Source: an uncultured bacterium (GTDB lineage: Bacteria; Oederibacteriota; PGYV01; CAWJRG01). From it: a stretch of DNA of 64,000 nucleotides. Location: contig CAWJRG010000005.1 of assembly GCA_963845185.1 (NCBI GenBank), positions 416,001 to 480,000 of the forward strand, in the 5' to 3' direction. The notes under the pieces were generated by a model. The model did not search any database. It saw only the letters and a list, made by a program, of their open reading frames with translations, and was not told the origin of the DNA. The position numbers were made by a program, and so were the translations under genes. Below, one piece after another: positions 38,450 through 47,871 of this stretch; position 1 is the stretch's first letter, and every line of letters starts with the position of its first letter.

Positions 38450-39273
38450 TTTTCACCCGACCTTTTTGGAACTATTAAGGAAGTATTCCCTTTTCTATAT
38501 TTTACAAAATCCAACAAATTATTTATTTTTTTTACTTTCCCTGCTTTTTTGATGGCTATCTTATTAAAATTCATCCAGTAATCGTCAAACCAATTTTCAC
38601 CCAAACGTGAAAACATACCATTTTCGTTTATAATATCGCTTATTAAATTTATACTGCCAATATTTGCGGTGTTTCCACTACCTCCTTTATCGCTGGCAAT
38701 CTTCCATTTTTCAGCAATAAAGAATTGGAAATTTTTTACTACGGATGTAATCGATTGTAATTCATTGAGGTCGTGGGCTTTTGTTTCATTGATGCTTGAA
38801 CCGATTACTCTGTCATAAATAATTCCAAAACAAAAATGGCCCAAATATTCATCGTAAGGAAATTGAATGTTCTTTTTGCTGTTACGATTTATGAAATATT
38901 CTCCGTGGGAACCCAGTGTAAAGCCGTTGCACAATTTATTATTTTCCGGTTTTCGATAAGTTGTTTTAAAATCGACTGCGAATTTGATTTTACTATTATC
39001 CTTTTTTATAAAAGTAATATCTGGATAATAATTCTGATGGTCGGCCAATATGATACTATAACCAGCTTTCTCCGCAAAAGCCAATACTTTTGGAAATAAA
39101 TGTATTTCTAATATTTTTGATACTATTTTTGTATCTGAAGAAATTGTATAAACATTTTTAAAAATATCAATAAAACCTTTAACAGTCCATTGCCCATCTT
39201 CGGAACTAACATGGGTTGTTATTGTTTTTGTAAAATTGCTTAAGTTTTCTTTGAATTTTTGCTTTTCAGACAT
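38446..39273 (-). CDS. EcoRV-family type II restriction endonuclease
   Basis: DTKIVSKILE, QNYYPD, VDFKTTY, GSGNTANIGSI, FDDYWMN. Confidence 0.88.
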   Translation of the reverse strand: MSEKQKFKENLSNFTKTITTHVSSEDGQWTVKGFIDIFKNVYTISSDTKIVSKILEIHLFPKVLAFAEKAGYSIILADHQNYYPDITFIKKDNSKIKFAVDFKTTYRKPENNKLCNGFTLGSHGEYFINRNSKKNIQFPYDEYLGHFCFGIIYDRVIGSSINETKAHDLNELQSITSVVKNFQFFIAEKWKIASDKGGSGNTANIGSINLISDIINENGMFSRLGENWFDDYWMNFNKIAIKKAGKVKKINNLLDFVKYRKGNTSLIVPKRSGEN

Positions 39274-39427
39274 TAATTGCCTCCAAATTCTTCCCAAACA
39301 TCTTGCGAAAGCTTTATTTTTAATAATTATAACATGTTTGCATTCAAAAACAAGTTAGAAAACCATCATTGGTTTTTGAATATGGTAAGAATATATTATA
39401 ATTTCATTACCAGCTTAAATTATTATA

Positions 39428-42400
39428 TTACTCCGCCACGGCTCCCGTGAACTGCGCCCGGTATAAGTCAAAATAAAAACCCTTATCGTCTATCAAAGAC
39501 TTATGGTTTCCTGTTTCGACAATCTTGCCGTTGTTCATCACGAGTATGAGCTCTGCGTCGCGTATTGTTGACAGCCTGTGCGCTATTACAAAGGATGTCC
39601 TTCCCTTCATAAGCGTCTTCATCGCCTTCTGGATGAGTATTTCAGTGCGTGTATCTACGCTGCTTGTTGCTTCGTCCAGTATCAGTATTTCAGGGTCAGC
39701 GAGCAAAGCCCTTGCTATTGTAATAAGCTGCTTTTCTCCGGTCGATATGTTCGACGCGTCCTCGTTCAGCACTGTGCCGTAGCCTTCCGGTAATGCGCGT
39801 ATGAAATGGTCCGCGTGCGCAGCCTTTGCCGCTGCTGTGATTTCCTCGTCGGTTGCGCCCGGCCTGCCGTATGCAATATTTTCCTTCATTGTCCCCTTAA
39901 AAAGCCACGTATCCTGCAGCACCATGCCGAACCGCCTGCGCAAAAATCCGCGCTTGTATTCTCGTATGTCCCTGCCGTCCACTTTTATTTTTCCTCCCCA
40001 CACATCGTAAAACCTCATGAGCAGGTTTACAAGCGTTGTCTTGCCGGCGCCTGTCGGCCCGACTATTGCCACGGTCTGCCCCGGCTTTGCGCCTATGCTT
40101 AAATTCTCAAAAAGCTTTCTGTCCTCGCTATAGCCAAAGCTTACGTTTTCAAACGAAACATTCCCGCACTCATCGCACGCTTCCGCTCCATTGGCATCCG
40201 TAGACTCTTCCTGCGCGTCCTCCAGCACCTCGAATATCCTTTCACCCGACGCCACCGCAGACTGCAGCATGTTTATCATCGCAGCTGCCTGCGCCACAGG
40301 CTGTGTGAACATGCGTATGTATAATATGAATGCCTGGACATCGCCGATGTCCAGCTTTTTCCTTGCAACAAATATGCATCCCGCGACACACACTGCCACA
40401 TAGCCCAGGTTGCTTATGAAGTTCATGAGTGGAAAAATAAATCCTGATATAAACTGCGCTTTCCATCCCGCGTTATAAAGCCTGCTGTTCACGTCCTCAA
40501 ATCTTTCTATGGATTTTTTCTCGTAACCGAAAGCCTTTACTACGCCGTGGCCTGTCAGCATTTCTTCCACATGGCTGTTCAGCTCTCCAAGCGCCTTTTG
40601 CTGGGCTATGTAAAACTTCTGCGATGTCCTGGCTATTAGCACGGTAGCAAGGAACGAAAGCGGCAGGGTAATTATCGTGATTATGGTAAGCATCGGGCTT
40701 ATAACTATCATCATGATAAGCGCGCCTGCTATGCCTATGACTGCGCTCAAAAGCTGCGGCAGTCCCTGCTGCAGAGTGTTGTTTATGTTGTCCACATCGT
40801 TTGTCGTCCTGCTCATTATCTCGCCGTGCGGCCGCGAATCGAAATATTTGAGCGGCAGTCGCGATAGTTTGTCGTCTATATCCCTGCGCAGGGCATAAAC
40901 TATCCTCTGGGCAATGACGCTGAACGACCTCTGGGAAATATAAATAAAAACAGCTGCCGTCAGGTTCAGGCAAAAAAGCATGAACAGTATTTTTATAAGC
41001 CCTGTGTTGTCCGGCGGCGTACCGCTTGCAAACTTTCCGGATGTCATACCTTCAAAAAGTTTTGTTATTGCTATGCCGAGCACTTTTGGCGATATGGTGC
41101 CTATTACCGTTGACAACACCATAAGGATCCCGATTATTATCATCTGCCATGCGAATGGTTTCAAATACTTTGCCAGCCTTTTTACCGTTCCTTTGAAATC
41201 CTTTGCCTTTTCCACAGGCCTGCCTATGCCGCGCATATGGCCGCCGCCCCTTGGACCTCCTGCTCCGAACATGCCCCTGCCGCCGAACGCGCCCTGCCCC
41301 TGCTGCGGCTTGAAACCGCCTGCCGGAGGCTGCTGCGGTTTTTGGTTTCCGTTCGGGCTCATGCCAGCTCCTCCTCTGATATTCTGGGAATACACTATTT
41401 CCCTGTACACTTCGCAGGACGTCATGAGTTCTTTATGGTTTCCCATGCCTGCCACTTTACCCTCTTCAAGCACTATTATCCTGTCCGCGTCCATTACTGT
41501 TGTTACCCTTTGCGCCACTATGAATACCGTCGCCTCTCCTGTTTCCTTTTTCAGAGCCTGCCTGAGCGCTGCGTCTGTCCTGAAATCAAGCGCCGAAAAA
41601 CTGTCGTCAAATATGTATATTTCCGGTTTTCTTACCATGGCGCGCGCTATTGCCAGCCTCTGCTTTTGCCCGCCTGACAGATTCGCGCCTGCCTGCGCTA
41701 TGACACCATCAAATCCTTCATCCATTGCCGCTATGAAATCCATGGCCTGCGCTGTCTCAGCGGCATGTTTTAGCTCAGTATCCGTGGCGCCGGCCTTACC
41801 GAACCTTATGTTGTCCGCTGCTGTGCCTGTGAAAAGCATGGCCTTCTGCGGCACAAATCCAATTTTTGCGCGCAAAGTTTCCTGTGCCATCTCACGTACG
41901 TCCACGTTGTCCACAAGCACGCTTCCGTCAAACACGTCATAAAACCTGGGTATCAGGCTCACAAGCGTGGTCTTGCCCGAGCCTGTCCCGCCAATGATTG
42001 CGGTTATCTCTCCCGGTGCAGCCGAAAAAGATACGCTGCTCAGCGCCGGCTGCTCTGCGCCGTGGTACCTGAAGGAAACGTTCTTGAATTCCACGCGCCC
42101 TTTTCCCACCCCTGCCTGCGGATTTTCCTTATCCTTTATCTCAGGTTCCATTTCCAGCACTTCGTTTATCCTCTCCGCTGATGCCTGCGAGCGGGGTAGC
42201 ATGATGAAAATCATGGACACCATCATGAGCGCAAAAAGTATCTGTGTTACGTATTGTATAAAAGCCATTATGTCGCCTACATGCAGTTTGCCTGCTTCCA
42301 CGCGCAGGCTTCCAAACCATATTATGGCAATGATGGTAAAGTTCATTATCAGCTGCATCAGCGGCATCATGAGAGCCATAAGTCCTGCAAGTTTCAGCGC

Positions 42401-43084
42401 TGTCTCTGTAATGCCTTTGTTCGCCTGGTCAAACCGGTTTTTCTCATGCTCTATCATGTCAAAAGCGCGCACTACCCTGATGCCGGTTAGCTTTTCCCTT
42501 ATTACCATGTTCATGCGGTCAAGCTTTGACTGCATCAGCTTAAAGAGCGGCATTGCTACGCGCAAAATATATATTATCAGCGAAGCAAGTACAGGCACTG
42601 CCACGGCAAAAACCAGCGAGAGTTTCAGGTCGCGCGTTACCGCCATAACTATGCCGCCTATGGCCATTATCGGCGCCCTGACAAAAATGCTCATCATCAT
42701 AACTACGGTCTGCTGCACCTGGTTTACGTCGTTTGTGGTCCTCGTGATAAGCGAGGCCGAGCCTATCCTGTCAAACTCATGGAATGAAAAGCTCTCAACC
42801 TTTGAGAATATCCTGCTGCGTACTATCCTGCTGAAGCCCAGCGCCACACGTGATGAATTAAAGCTAGCGGTAAAAGCGCAGCATACTCCGCCGAGTGCTA
42901 CAAGAAGCATTATTGCGCCTTTCCTTATAATATATGCTATATCCGCATTAACCACGCCCTTGTTCACTATGTCCGCCATAAGCGTCGGCAAATACAGGTC
43001 TGCCATTGCCGATCCAAATAGCAGCACGAGTACAATCGCAATTCTGGGTATGTGTGGCTTTAAAAACCTGAAAAGCTTAAGCAT
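39428..43084 (-). CDS. Heterodimeric multidrug ABC exporter; two half-transporters joined in one ORF (second ATG at 41362)
   Basis: TMD-NBD x2; degenerate FDDSFS in the first NBD and LDEATS in the second; the junction depends on one extra base. Confidence 0.92.
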   Translation of the reverse strand: MLKLFRFLKPHIPRIAIVLVLLFGSAMADLYLPTLMADIVNKGVVNADIAYIIRKGAIMLLVALGGVCCAFTASFNSSRVALGFSRIVRSRIFSKVESFSFHEFDRIGSASLITRTTNDVNQVQQTVVMMMSIFVRAPIMAIGGIVMAVTRDLKLSLVFAVAVPVLASLIIYILRVAMPLFKLMQSKLDRMNMVIREKLTGIRVVRAFDMIEHEKNRFDQANKGITETALKLAGLMALMMPLMQLIMNFTIIAIIWFGSLRVEAGKLHVGDIMAFIQYVTQILFALMMVSMIFIMLPRSQASAERINEVLEMEPEIKDKENPQAGVGKGRVEFKNVSFRYHGAEQPALSSVSFSAAPGEITAIIGGTGSGKTTLVSLIPRFYDVFDGSVLVDNVDVREMAQETLRAKIGFVPQKAMLFTGTAADNIRFGKAGATDTELKHAAETAQAMDFIAAMDEGFDGVIAQAGANLSGGQKQRLAIARAMVRKPEIYIFDDSFSALDFRTDAALRQALKKETGEATVFIVAQRVTTVMDADRIIVLEEGKVAGMGNHKELMTSCEVYREIVYSQNIRGGAGMSPNGNQKPQQPPAGGFKPQQGQGAFGGRGMFGAGGPRGGGHMRGIGRPVEKAKDFKGTVKRLAKYLKPFAWQMIIIGILMVLSTVIGTISPKVLGIAITKLFEGMTSGKFASGTPPDNTGLIKILFMLFCLNLTAAVFIYISQRSFSVIAQRIVYALRRDIDDKLSRLPLKYFDSRPHGEIMSRTTNDVDNINNTLQQGLPQLLSAVIGIAGALIMMIVISPMLTIITIITLPLSFLATVLIARTSQKFYIAQQKALGELNSHVEEMLTGHGVVKAFGYEKKSIERFEDVNSRLYNAGWKAQFISGFIFPLMNFISNLGYVAVCVAGCIFVARKKLDIGDVQAFILYIRMFTQPVAQAAAMINMLQSAVASGERIFEVLEDAQEESTDANGAEACDECGNVSFENVSFGYSEDRKLFENLSIGAKPGQTVAIVGPTGAGKTTLVNLLMRFYDVWGGKIKVDGRDIREYKRGFLRRRFGMVLQDTWLFKGTMKENIAYGRPGATDEEITAAAKAAHADHFIRALPEGYGTVLNEDASNISTGEKQLITIARALLADPEILILDEATSSVDTRTEILIQKAMKTLMKGRTSFVIAHRLSTIRDAELILVMNNGKIVETGNHKSLIDDKGFYFDLYRAQFTGAVAE

Positions 43085-43201
43085 CCTTGTTTTACTCCTG
43101 GTGTTTATTCAGCTAAATTATGAGCCAGTATTATAGTACAACTGCTTTCATAATTAAATACTTTTTGTGATTTTCTAATGGCTGTTATATAAGATTGTTT
43201 G

Positions 43202-43753
43202 TTATTTCTTCTTTTTCAGCAATATGGCCCTGCTGCCGAAAATTTTGCGTACCTCGGCAACTTCAAACCCGGCTTCTTTTGCATTTCCTATGCTTCCGTT
43301 AAATTCTTCTTCATCGACCCACTTTGCCGGTTCGGCCAGCAGTATTTTTCCCTCAGGTTTCATTAATCCTGACATTTCTTTAAAAAAAGCCAAACCATCG
43401 GGTATTTCATGCACAATATAAAAACAAAGCGCGAAATCAAGTTTGTCTGATATATTTATTTTGTCTTTTTCGGTCTTAACATAAAAAATATTTCTTATTT
43501 TTTGTCTTTCTGCTTTCTTCCTTACCTTTCCAAGCATTTCATCCTGTAAGTCGCAGGCTATTACCCTGCCTTTTTCGCCTGCCATGCGCGCCATGGTTAT
43601 TGTAAAAAATCCCGGTCCGCAGCCTATGTCAGCCGCTGTGTCTCCGGGGTTGATAAGCCCCTGCAGGATTTTTTCCGGATTCTGGCCGATTTTTCTTATC
43701 CAGTTGTCAAGTATCCATGAGCGCCATGCCGGAAAAACATGATGATGCGGCAT
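43202..43753 (-). CDS. Class I SAM-dependent methyltransferase
   Basis: DIGCGPGFF, VHEIPD, LMKPEG. Confidence 0.88.
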   Translation of the reverse strand: MPHHHVFPAWRSWILDNWIRKIGQNPEKILQGLINPGDTAADIGCGPGFFTITMARMAGEKGRVIACDLQDEMLGKVRKKAERQKIRNIFYVKTEKDKINISDKLDFALCFYIVHEIPDGLAFFKEMSGLMKPEGKILLAEPAKWVDEEEFNGSIGNAKEAGFEVAEVRKIFGSRAILLKKKK

Positions 43754-43756
43754 TTT

Positions 43757-44332
43757 TTAACCTCTTCCTATCTTGGCTGCCATACTTTTTACTTTCTCAA
43801 TTATATCCGGTCTGTCCGCTGCCGTGCCATCGGGCGGCAGGCCTGCCGAAACAATCGGGTATACTTCATCAAAGCCGAACCTTTTGAACATCCTGTCGTA
43901 TTTTTGCGGGAGCGCGGCAAATGTACTTTCATCGGGATTTCCCTGTGTAATTATAAAAACCAGCTTCTTACCCGGTGTCAGCCTGCCCGGTTTCGGGTTT
44001 GTTCTGTAATCTTTTGTAAGAAACGAATAGCACCTGTCCGTAAAGCTCTTTGCCTGTCCGGTAATTTCCTGGAAATATACCGGCGATGATAAGATTACTA
44101 TATCAGACATCCGTACGTCTTCCAGCACGTCGGTCAGCCCGTCCTCGACCGTGCATTTGTCTGCCTCGTTTTTGCACTTCATGCATCCCTGACAGCCGCG
44201 GAAAAATATCTTGTTCAGCTCGTATGTCTTAACCTGCGCGCCCTTGCCTGCAATATTTTCCACCAGCAGCGCTGCAATTGCAGCGCTGTTCCCCTTGCTG
44301 CGCGGGCTTCCTATAATGTTTACAATTTTCAT
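43757..44332 (-). CDS. Flavodoxin family / iron-sulfur flavoprotein
   Basis: GSPRSKGNS, CQGCMKC...C, SPVYF. Confidence 0.88.
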   Translation of the reverse strand: MKIVNIIGSPRSKGNSAAIAALLVENIAGKGAQVKTYELNKIFFRGCQGCMKCKNEADKCTVEDGLTDVLEDVRMSDIVILSSPVYFQEITGQAKSFTDRCYSFLTKDYRTNPKPGRLTPGKKLVFIITQGNPDESTFAALPQKYDRMFKRFGFDEVYPIVSAGLPPDGTAADRPDIIEKVKSMAAKIGRG

Positions 44333-44351
44333 AATGTGCTCCTTTATATAA

Positions 44352-44379
44352 GTAGAGACACGCCATGGCGTGTCTCTAC
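44352..44379. repeat. GTAG-REP palindrome
   Basis: GTAGAGACACGCCATGGCGTGTCTCTAC, a perfect palindrome. Confidence 0.9.
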
Positions 44380-44405
44380 TTTAAATTCTTAATTTTTCCT
44401 TTGTG

Positions 44406-44843
44406 TTACCTTTCCTTGTTCTCTTCCTGCTTTGTCCTGTTTAGGTAAGCCTCAAACGATGCCTTGCCTTCTGTTTTCCAGTATTCATCGTAATATCTCC
44501 AGTTGCTGTAATCTCCGTTCGGAGCCCAGTCGTCAGCGAACCTGTGCTTATGCCTCCAGTGTTTCCAGTGTTTGTCGTGGCCCCTGCCGTGGTGTCCTTG
44601 CCCGTGGCTGCCTCCGAAAAATATTTTCGCCAGCACTATCAAGCCAAACGCCTGCCAGTAGGTGATTGCCTTCAGGCCAAAAATAGATGGCATCAGCCAG
44701 TTCCAGAGCCACATTACGACATAGCCGAAAACAAATGCCAGCAATACCGCTATTGCTATGCCGCCTATGGCCATGCCTACGATTTTAAGAACCCTAAAAA
44801 TTCCATACATGTGATATTCTTCATGCGAATCATGCTCGTTCAT
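44406..44843 (-). CDS. ECF-associated membrane protein
   Basis: VVMWLWNWLMPSIFGL..ITYWQAFGL; ATGA overlap with the sigma gene. Confidence 0.75.
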   Translation of the reverse strand: MNEHDSHEEYHMYGIFRVLKIVGMAIGGIAIAVLLAFVFGYVVMWLWNWLMPSIFGLKAITYWQAFGLIVLAKIFFGGSHGQGHHGRGHDKHWKHWRHKHRFADDWAPNGDYSNWRYYDEYWKTEGKASFEAYLNRTKQEENKER

Positions 44844-45403
44844 ATTTCAACACCTCCTTCAATTAAAATTTTTTTTATCTTCTCAAGCGCGCGCGCCTTT
44901 TTGGAAAGCAAAGTGCCTATCGGCACTTTCCATTCTTCAGATAATTCCTTAAATGATATATCCTCAAGCTCAGTGGCAACCACAATTGCTTTTTCATCAT
45001 CGTTTAATTTATCAATGGCTTCATAGACAGCGTCATAAATCTCGTCGTCTTCAATTTCATCATCAGCTGCAATGCCGTTTCTTATGGCGTTTACGAGCGA
45101 AAACTCCTCCTGTTCGTTAATCTCATCCAGGGATATATGCGGCCTCCTCGCCCTCATAAAATCAATTATCCTGTTCCTGAGCGCCGTATATATGTAGGCC
45201 GATAGCTTCTCGAGCGGCACGTTGATGTCCGCCAGCTCGAACATCCTGAGCATGACGTCCTGCACTATGTCCTCTGCGTCTCGGTGCGCCTCGTCGCTCA
45301 ACCTTTTCCTTATAAAAAATACCATTTTGTTGTATTCTTTTGCGAAAAATTCCGCTATGTTTGAGAACCCTGCTTTTTTTATTTCCTGCCCTGCCTGCTC
45401 CAT
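44840..45403 (-). CDS. ECF RNA polymerase sigma factor
   Basis: DAEDIVQD, RNRIID, SFKELSEEWKVPIGTLLS. Confidence 0.92.
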   Translation of the reverse strand: MEQAGQEIKKAGFSNIAEFFAKEYNKMVFFIRKRLSDEAHRDAEDIVQDVMLRMFELADINVPLEKLSAYIYTALRNRIIDFMRARRPHISLDEINEQEEFSLVNAIRNGIAADDEIEDDEIYDAVYEAIDKLNDDEKAIVVATELEDISFKELSEEWKVPIGTLLSKKARALEKIKKILIEGGVEI

Positions 45404-45472
45404 TTTATGACAGCTCTCCTTTTGGAAATCAGTCTTTGCTTTTCCCTGTCTCTTTATTCATATCCAACAATA

Positions 45473-45500
45473 TAGACGTATGTAATTTTTTTTTATTGCA
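45473..45500 (-). promoter_or_regulatory. ECF-type promoter, probably autoregulatory
   Basis: TGCAAT-N16-CGTCTA upstream of the sigma gene. Confidence 0.65.
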
Positions 45501-45537
45501 ATAATATTGCTGTCTATACGGTTATTTAATGTAAATT

Positions 45538-47808
45538 TTAAAACTCCGCTTCCAGCCCGAAATATCCCATCAGCGGCAGGTTCCTGATTTGTTCAGGTGC
45601 TCCGTTGTTATTCGTGGGATAAACCAGTCCGGCAGGGTTTGCCCTGTCCAGCAGGTTCAGTATCTCAAAATAAACGTTCAGTTTCCATCCCTCAAAAAGA
45701 AACGCGTAATCTGTGCGCAAATCTATCTGCAGGTAATCCTCCAGCCGCTGGTTTCCCGTACTAGTGTTTGAAAATTGCGGGTACCATGCCCCGCTCGGGT
45801 CCTGGTACAATCCGTTTAAGCTTTGCACGAGCGGTCCTGAATTGTAGCGTATTTTTATGCCTGTGCTCCACACCGGTGTTATGCTGTAACTCGCCACTAC
45901 ATCCAGGATATTCGGCTGGTCGTATTGGTATAAAACCCATTTCCCTGTCGCGGGGTCCAGCCTTTCGGATTTTGAAAGGGCGTATGATACCCATCCGAAA
46001 AACCGCTCCCCGATCCTTTCCTGCAAAAACACCTCTATTCCCTTTGCCATGCCCGGGCCTTCCCCGTTTATTACTCCGTAAGTGTTCACGCTGTATATCA
46101 TGTTTGTGTATATTTTATAATACGCGTCAATCCTGGCGCTTAACTCAACGGAAAAATCTTTTTTAATCCCCAGCACCATGTGCTCCGCCGTCTCCGGCTT
46201 GAGCCCGGGATTGCCAACCTGCGCGTTTGTCTGCACTTCATTCGGGAACTGGCTGTAATACCCCCATACAGCGTCCAGCAATGTTTGCCCGTCGTAATTC
46301 CATTCAAGCTTTACCCGCGGCAATAATGTGTCGTCAGTGATATTGCCGTACCTGTCATACCTGCAGCCTGCAGTAATTGCCAGTGCCTGGTTCAGCTCTA
46401 TTTTGTCCTGTAAATACGCCCCGCGGTTCGAAGAAACCGAGTCAATAATCACGTTAATAAGGCCTGACGGCACCCCGTTTTGTAAATTCCGGAAAAGGCT
46501 GGCGTCCGCGTCTATATTCAAAATTTCAAAATCCCCGCCGAAACCCATGGTATTTTTCACGCCCATTATTTCCCCTGCGTTTAATTCCGCCTCTTCCTTT
46601 ATTCCGTAGTGATTTACCGCTATGCTGTAGCCGTAATTTGTTCCTATCCCTGTATTTACCCATGTACGGTAATAATACGGCGTAAGCACAGAGGCAAGAT
46701 AAGGCAGGGAATTATTTTTCCATGTGACCCCTGATGTAAAAGCAGAACTGTCCGACAGGTATTGACCGGTCAGGGTCGAGGAAGAAACTTCGTTTCCGTT
46801 AAGTGTTATGCCTACGGTATCCTCATATCCAAGTCCGAACGCCCTGAAGCAATTGTCCTTGTCCGGCGAAAAATCCAGGCTTGCCCCGAGGTCCCAGAAA
46901 AAAGGCGCGGCAAAAAAACCGTTCCGTTTGAATAAATTATTCAGCAAAAGGTCTATATAGCTCCGCCTACCGGCAAATGTAAACGAAGCATTGCCAAGAC
47001 CCGCCGGCCCTTCAACCATAAACTGCGAAGTTATCAGGTTTAGATCCGCGTCAGCGTGTATGCCGTCCTTTTTTCCCGGCCTTGTTTTCACGTCAAGCAC
47101 CGAGCCCATGACTCCGCCCCATTTCGAGTCAAACCCAGCCTCATTTAAATCCACGCTCTGGATAAGATCCGTGTCAACCGTGGATGCGAGCCCTGCAAAA
47201 TGAAACGGCTGCGGCCACGGTATATTGTCGAGCAGGTACAGGTTGTCCTGCGGCCCGCCGCCCTGCACCACAAGCTCTCCTGAATAATCGCCGAAAGGCG
47301 CCGCGACTCCCGGAAGGTCATGCACCGCCCGCACGGCGTCGCCTGCCGTACCCGGGACTTTTTTCAGTTCCTCCTGCGTCAATGTCGACGATATTGCCTG
47401 TGATTCTCCCTTCTTCCCTTTGACTATTATGACATCCGAGGTGAAATCGATTTTTTCAAGGTAAACGTCGAGCTTTATGTCATGCCCTGGCTCAGCTACA
47501 ACTGTTTTTGTCTTTGAAGCATAGCCATGCGCTGAAAATTGCAGGGTATGGTTCCCGGGCCCAAGGCTTATATTATAAAATCCGTCCGCATCGCCTGCGC
47601 CCGCAAGTGTGGCATCCGGAATTTTCACTGCCGCGCCTTCTATGGCGTCCTGCGAGCCGAGCCGCATGATTTTTCCGTAAACCGCAACTGTATTTTTTAT
47701 GTTGTCTTCGGCCGTAATCGAAACAGGCACGGCAGCCGCGGTTGCCGATGCTGACAACAAAACCGGCATAAAAAATAATATAAAAGCTTTTTTTAACCCC
47801 CCTGTCAT
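45538..47808 (-). CDS. TonB-dependent receptor
   Basis: CarboxypepD-like N-domain, plug (LPGV, QGGGPQDNLYLLD), C-terminal Phe. Confidence 0.9.
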   Translation of the reverse strand: MTGGLKKAFILFFMPVLLSASATAAAVPVSITAEDNIKNTVAVYGKIMRLGSQDAIEGAAVKIPDATLAGAGDADGFYNISLGPGNHTLQFSAHGYASKTKTVVAEPGHDIKLDVYLEKIDFTSDVIIVKGKKGESQAISSTLTQEELKKVPGTAGDAVRAVHDLPGVAAPFGDYSGELVVQGGGPQDNLYLLDNIPWPQPFHFAGLASTVDTDLIQSVDLNEAGFDSKWGGVMGSVLDVKTRPGKKDGIHADADLNLITSQFMVEGPAGLGNASFTFAGRRSYIDLLLNNLFKRNGFFAAPFFWDLGASLDFSPDKDNCFRAFGLGYEDTVGITLNGNEVSSSTLTGQYLSDSSAFTSGVTWKNNSLPYLASVLTPYYYRTWVNTGIGTNYGYSIAVNHYGIKEEAELNAGEIMGVKNTMGFGGDFEILNIDADASLFRNLQNGVPSGLINVIIDSVSSNRGAYLQDKIELNQALAITAGCRYDRYGNITDDTLLPRVKLEWNYDGQTLLDAVWGYYSQFPNEVQTNAQVGNPGLKPETAEHMVLGIKKDFSVELSARIDAYYKIYTNMIYSVNTYGVINGEGPGMAKGIEVFLQERIGERFFGWVSYALSKSERLDPATGKWVLYQYDQPNILDVVASYSITPVWSTGIKIRYNSGPLVQSLNGLYQDPSGAWYPQFSNTSTGNQRLEDYLQIDLRTDYAFLFEGWKLNVYFEILNLLDRANPAGLVYPTNNNGAPEQIRNLPLMGYFGLEAEF

Positions 47809-47871
47809 GCAATGTCTCCCTGGTAATGATTTATTTTATATGGCATTTTTGCAAGTCTGGTTTTTCCGTTT

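Noticed and set aside
40980..43136. Long plus-strand ORFs (also 13436-14365, 8579-9343, 21659-22444)
   Set aside because: They are antisense shadows of well-supported minus-strand genes and have no recognisable motifs
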